A DNA stretch of 64,000 nt, taken from contig NC_090390.1 in NCBI RefSeq assembly GCF_036365525.1, positions 33,849,112-33,913,111 on the forward strand, given 5' to 3'. The notes beneath the pieces were generated by a model. That model was not told the DNA's origin. It saw only the letters and a list, made by a program, of their open reading frames with translations, and did no database searches. Below, piece by piece: positions 58,440-64,000 of the stretch; within the stretch, counting starts at the first letter, position 1, and the number at the start of each line of letters is the position of its first letter. The translations under genes were made by a program, and so were the position numbers. Origin of the DNA: Heterodontus francisci. Lineage: Eukaryota.

Positions 58440-59588
58440 TTAGTTGTTGCTTCCCATACCATTTGTCCTTGCTAGTCCCAGTCCTTCGGGATGTTCCTGC
58501 ATACCCATCATGTGAGCAAGCTGTTTCACAATAGTTGGGTTCAGAAACCCCTCTTGGTTTTTCATGCAGTTGTTGTTCCGCTGGGGTGACATCGGTGGGG
58601 TCTTGTAGACAGCAAAGACTGGGTTATCCTCTGCAGCTTCCATCTGTTCCTCTTCCACTGCTCCCAGTGTCCCGGAGCTGAGACGCGTTGGCCACGTCGT
58701 TACGTGTGGCGCTTTGGGGTTGGGGCACGCCGGGCCCATCACAGCTTCCAGTGCCCGGGGGCTGGCTTGCTTTATCTTCCATCTCCTTGGAGTTCTGCCT
58801 CCTCTTTTGAAGGGGCTGTCGTTCCAGCATTACCCCGTCCAGTGAAGAGGAGTTGTTGCAGTCTGATTCAGGAGATAGCCTCCTCTTGCCACTGGTTTGG
58901 GTGGTGGCCTGTTCCGCTTTGGGATGTTTTTTCTTTGTGGTTTTCCTCTGGACTACTTGCCACTGACCTGTTTGTCCATCTGCTGCCTCTTCCTCCATTG
59001 ATTCTGTCTGTGGAGGAGGGGTTTCCGAGCGCAGGGTAGGTGCTGGGTCACTGGTTTCAGCTGCCTCCCCTTCCTTCTCCTTCTCAGGTTGAAGTTCCTC
59101 ACTGCTTAGAAGGTTGCTGGCCTCCTTTCGAACACCGGACGCCTTCGTCGAACCTTCTCCCGGCCTTTCCTTGGACCTTGCCGCCTGAGCATAACTGAGG
59201 CAGCGTTTGGGGCAGATTTTGTAGAGATGGCCTGCCGCCCCGCACAAGTTGCAACACTTAGTCTGCTTTTGGTCTGATGGCCTTCCTCCTTGCAGTTCTT
59301 GCAAACAACCATGCTGCAGTCGGCTGCCACATGACCAGATTTGCCACAGGTGCGGCAAACTCTGGGCTGCCTAGTGTAAACCAAGAAGCCTCGACTTCCC
59401 CCGATAGCGAAGCTGGAGGGAGGGTGGATGATGGCTCCACTGGGATCGACCTTCAAGGTCACCTTGACCTGCCGCTTGCTGGTCCAAATCCCAAATGGGT
59501 CCTTGACATCAGTGCTGCTGCCAGCCACCTCAACGTACCTGGCAAGAAAGGTGAGTACATCCACCACAGGAACATGGGGGTTGTAGAG
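58440..59588 (-). pseudogene. Tx1-clade ORF1 (triple CCHC zinc knuckle), truncated and frameshifted
   Basis: CRTCGKSGHVAADC, CKNCKEEGH, CNLCGAAGHLYKICP, SYAQAA. Confidence 0.9.
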
Positions 59589-60589
59589 GTGCCTCTGAGC
59601 TAAAATCCAGGCCAGAGTGTTGGCAAGCTATTTGACTGTGAATTGTACTATAGCCAAGCCTGCCATCTGAAGATGTACTTTACAGTAAGGGTGACCAATG
59701 TTGATCGGGATTAGCAACAGTTATTCTGCTTCCCCGCTCAGTCAATTGCAGTGCCCGGCTGGGATTAGCTAACTCAACCAATTCAGCACAGGCCAGGATT
59801 GAACCTGGGACCTTTTGACTACATCCTACCTTTACCAACTGAGTCAATGGGAGACAGTAAAAATCAAACATTCAATTAAAAGTATTAATAATGAAATTTA
59901 GCCTCCACATTTTCCACAGATTTGTTGTGAATATTTTAAACCCATTTTAAGATAAAGGAATACATTGCGGAATGTTGGACGTGTCTTGTCATTAAATACT
60001 CTGCATTAAATTACATACATCTGATGTTTGCATTTTGAGCCATGCAGCATAAACAATGACTCCTGCTACCAAAAGACTCCTAGCTTTACTGCGGTACCAG
60101 CTATGCCTTCACTATAGACCTATGTTACTTGCTTACATAATTTCAAACAACATTAATCGTAATTGCTTTTGTTGAACTGCACCCTTAAACAACGAAACAA
60201 AGGGATACATTTTCTGAAAATACAACCACCAGCTATCACTTAAGGTTTAAATTACTGTGAATAGAAATGAGCAGCTTTTAGCCTGGTTTCCTACAGCACA
60301 GTGAGTCCATCATATCTGCTGATGTTTTTCTCCACAAACTATTTCTGTTTTATTATTTTCTAGTTTAATCAGTTATGTATAAAATGCTGTAAACACAACC
60401 TCACTGGTCTAAATTTATATCCAATAGCTTATAATAATCTTTTAGAATTAAGTGTATAGTTATGATGTTTTCTTGAATAAAAAGAAACATGACATAACAT
60501 TGTTATTTTTAAATTGTTAGTTGCAAAACATGATCCCTATAAAAACAAATTAAATGGCTCTCCCCTAATAGTCAAGGTTGATCAAGGCA

Positions 60590-60930
60590 ATAATGAACTA
60601 AGCCCTACAAACCAGGAAAGGCCCAGGTTTGATGCCCAATCAATGCTGATTTAACAGATCTCGGTTGTTGGTGAGTGATGGGCCTCAATGCTCTTAGGAT
60701 AGGCCTTAGCGTCCATGGGTCAGAGAGGGGGAAATTTGCCCATATTTACTCTCCTGATTTCAAGTCAGTGACCACAACTGGAAGTGTATGTGTGTAGACA
60801 TTTAATAAGGACAGGATCTGGTACATTGGTGTTTCAATTATCTTCTGAAACGTCCTCTAGAGGCTCACACATAAAGAATGCTCACTTTGATGAAGCTGAT
60901 ATCTATGGAACTGTAACCAGCAAGGTGTGT
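60590..60930 (+). mobile_element. Ancient degenerate tRNA-SINE (AmnSINE2-like by recollection)
   Basis: CCAGG..GGCCCAGGTTTGAT head, CAGTGACC..CTGGAAGTGT.TGTGTG..GACAGGATC, GGCTCACAC.T.AAGAATG. Related fragments lie at ~59620-59850 and ~53000 on the minus strand. Confidence 0.45.
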
Positions 60931-61120
60931 GGCAGTAGGGGGAGGGTGCGGATTTGAAAGGGGACAAAATTCATGAGGAAGAAATGATTCGAGTTGCCAA
61001 AATTTTTGACAATTTCCCTTTTTCAGCACCTGCACCTCAGAAGGTTGAAAGTATCAAAATGCAGTTAACATTTGTTTTGGAATCTTGTCAGATTACTTGT
61101 TCCTTTGATATGTGAGCTAT

Positions 61121-64000
61121 TGTAAAACTCACAGGACTACAAGTAATATCCAAAGAAAGTGTGGGTTTATATTATAACTTAACTAGAACATTATATATAT
61201 ATATACATGTACACATACAGTTACTGCACAAGCCACATCTAAACACATCTCACTTTGTTGGGTTACACCCACACTCCCTGGTCATGTGTGACATGATATC
61301 ACTTCCTCTGGTGATTTTCACTTGCGGCTTCTTAAGGTGGTCTACTCTTAAGGTTGTCCCACAACATCCCCATTTTTTTCCAAAGATAAGAAAATATGTA
61401 CAACATACATTGATGTTGTAGTTCGGATTAACTATACATGATTAAAATAAAACGTGATTTACAAGTGAGCAAGTTTAACACTCTCTAAAACGTAGAGGAA
61501 GTTTGCTTATTCATCGCGATCTTTTTATCGTAAACCTCTTCCCAGAACTGAACTCATCTTGATGACTCCTCTGAGACTCAGGTGACTCAGAACTCTGATT
61601 GGCATGTTCTTCCTCTGTGCTCGTAACCTCTCTACGTTCATCTTCAGACTTTGTCTTTGAACATGTCTTCGATATTGTCACATGTAGGCTGTTGTGCAGT
61701 TCTCTGAGTTGACTTCAATTCATCTTAGAATCGCACTATTGGGTGTGTGGACCTTGCACAATCTAGGCTGGTCGCATATTGTAGCAACCTTTGCAGGATA
61801 CCAGGTTCCCGCTGCATGATTGAGGACTCTGACCTTCTGTCCTACTCACAATCGAACTAATTCTGGTCCTGTTTGCCTGTCATAAGATTCCTTCATCTTC
61901 TCCTGTTTAGACAGAAGTATATCCTTTACTGTGGAAAACATAGAGAGATGATGACTAGGGAGGGCAGCTCTTACCTGCCTTCCAAACATCAACTCTGCAG
62001 ACGAGGGTAAGCTTCTGTCCCATCAAGTAGCTCAGAGGTGCAGCATTGAAACCTTGAGATCTTGTCCCATCTGTCTTCACTTTAAAATTAGCGATTTGAT
62101 GGTGTGCACAATGTGTTCAGCCATGCCATTGGACTTAGATAATGCGGCGACGATGTCACGTGATAGACTCCCTACCTGGCACATATCTTGGAATGATCTT
62201 CCTGCATATTGTGGCCCATTATTGGAGATAATTTCTTCTGGCACACCAAATAGGCTGAACAGAGCACTGACCGTATCAGCAACCACTGCACCTGATGTAT
62301 TTTGTAGCTGCCTGATGACCAGAAACTTGGTGAAGTAATCCGTAACAAGAAGGAAATCATCACCTTGAACGTGAAATAAATCTGTGCCAATCTTCGCCTA
62401 TGGATGTGAAGGTGTTTCATCTGGGATCAAGGGTTCCTTCTGTTGATTTGGCTGACAACTTTGACATGCCTCACAAGATTCCACCACCATCTCAACATCA
62501 CTGTTGATTCCTGGTAAGTAGACCGGCTCTCTGGCAAGGCATCTGGTGCGTTCTATTCCTAAATGCTCTTGATGCAATTGGGTTAGAATATCAGAATGCG
62601 AGTTTCGGGTATCAGGCCTTGTTTCCCTTTGAAAATCACCCCTTGTGATATACCAAGCTTGTCTCAATGCGGCCAGAAACAGCATAGACATTCGGTTACT
62701 TCCTGTATGGTGTCAGGCCATCCTTCAACAAACACCTTCTACAACAATGATAGGGTCATCAGCTGTCTCATCACTTAGTTGTTTGCATTTGTGGTGTCCA
62801 AAACTCTTAAGGTTGATCTTCAGGACATCTTCAATCTCAGTATCCACACCGTAGACATGCAAATATAGTGAGACATCTGCATCTTTATCCAGGTTAGGCA
62901 ACCTGCTCAGTGTGTCCGATGTGACCATTTTACTGCCTGGTTTACAATTGATGTCATAATCGTAGCCCTGGACCGTCACCAAAAGTCTCTGCAACTGCAG
63001 AGGAGCACTTGTAAGCCATGCGCTATGGGCTATGTGGTTTCAAATGGCTTGTCTCCACGGTAAAATGTTTTCCGAACAAGTTGGCAGTACCAAAAACCAG
63101 AGCTAAGGTTTCACATTCGATGTTGCAGTAATTGGATTGGGTTTGCGACAAACTCTTCGACACGAAGGCAATTGGCTTCCCTTCCTGCATGATGCAGGCG
63201 CCTAATTCCTTCTGGGACCCATCGACTTCGAGTGTGGTCTCTTTGGTCGGGTTATAATATTGTAGCACGCTGTCTTGACTTGACAGAGCTAACTTTAAGG
63301 ACTCAAACACCTGCTGGTGGTCCTCCTGCCACAAGTAAGGGGTATATTGACACAGCAGTTCCCGAAGTGGTGCTGCTCACTCAGCAAAATTGGGGATGTA
63401 CACCATTGTAGGTCTTCTTGGTCCTGAGGAGTTGGCATGGCTCCAACATCCTCGATATTGTCTGGGTCTGGGCATATTCCTGTGGCAGAATAGATCAACC
63501 CAAAGAAGTTGATGTGCCCAACGTTGACCTGGCACCTCTTGGCAAATGGCCAGCATTAGCAAATGCAAGTTTCAGTCATGCTCTGCCTTGGTCAGCCCCA
63601 TAACCGCAATATTGCTGGCTGTACAAATACAGCCCAGGACAATTTTCCGTTATCTTGTCCATGTATTGTTGTAAAATGTCCTGGCTGATGCACAGACCAA
63701 AGTGTGACCATCTGAAACAGTATCTCCCAAATGGCATTCTTAAAGTTGTGAGTAGCTGGAACTTCTTGGCTAAGTGGACAGACCTGTAGCCATGCTTCGC
63801 GTCAAACTTTGAAAAATCTTAGCACCAGTAAACTTAGGATTCAGCTCCACCAGGGTCGGGATTTTATGAGGGCATCTCTTGACGGCTAAATTCAGTTGTC
63901 GTGGGTCTAAGCAAATCCTGAGATTGCCATCTTTCTTGAGCGTGCAGGTAATGGAGCTGCACCAATTGGAATGATGACTCCATTGTGCTCCATCTCACCC
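61121..64000 (-). mobile_element. Gypsy LTR retrotransposon 3' part (RT-RH-IN, 3' LTR at 61121-61366), decayed; continues beyond the window
   Basis: LTR TG...CA with an adjacent PPT (AAAAAAATGGGGA on the minus strand, 61367-79). LHQEHLGIERT, FGVPEEIISNNGPQY, LEVDGSQ..GKPIAF, RICLDP, KFDAKHGY. Related to 7421-12922. Confidence 0.9.

Larger units (their letters stand above)
54756..59588 (-). mobile_element. Tx1/L1-clade LINE, 5'-truncated in ORF1, young
   Basis: TSD GTGCCTCT (54748-55, 59589-96). The 3' end has AATAAA plus an A-rich tail. Two-ORF structure. Confidence 0.92.

Noticed and set aside
55109-59603. Numerous plus-strand ORFs over the Tx1 element (and the antisense ORFs over the RTE)
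   Set aside because: Shadow ORFs of GC-rich retrotransposon coding sequence with no recognisable motifs.

Overview
Eukaryotic, repeat-saturated DNA, most likely from a cartilaginous fish (shark-type HE1/V-SINEs, a DeuSINE/SacSINE1-like element, abundant CR1). It reads as intronic or intergenic sequence, and I could not name a host gene. It contains nested CR1, L2, SINE, Gypsy (including a SCAN-domain Gmr1-type), Penelope-like (PLE) and Harbinger elements. Other contents are one intact, TSD-bounded 4.7-kb RTE LINE (1063-aa ORF), a young 5'-truncated Tx1/L1-clade LINE, and a ~16.3-kb decayed Harbinger carrying a 12.6-kb 18-bp minisatellite. The most unusual observations are: (1) three separate Harbinger-type insertions (two with clear TIRs) at the same GTT triplet, the predicted cleavage site of PLE minimal hammerhead ribozyme motifs; (2) the RTE's unusually long leader, which has a pseudoknotted, GNRA-capped RNA domain; (3) the minisatellite sitting directly behind the Harbinger Myb-gene promoter, with kilobase-long open hexapeptide frames; (4) a candidate 16-nt microexon and a phase-compatible minus-strand exon chain. 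Family names come from motif recognition only, and no database search was run.
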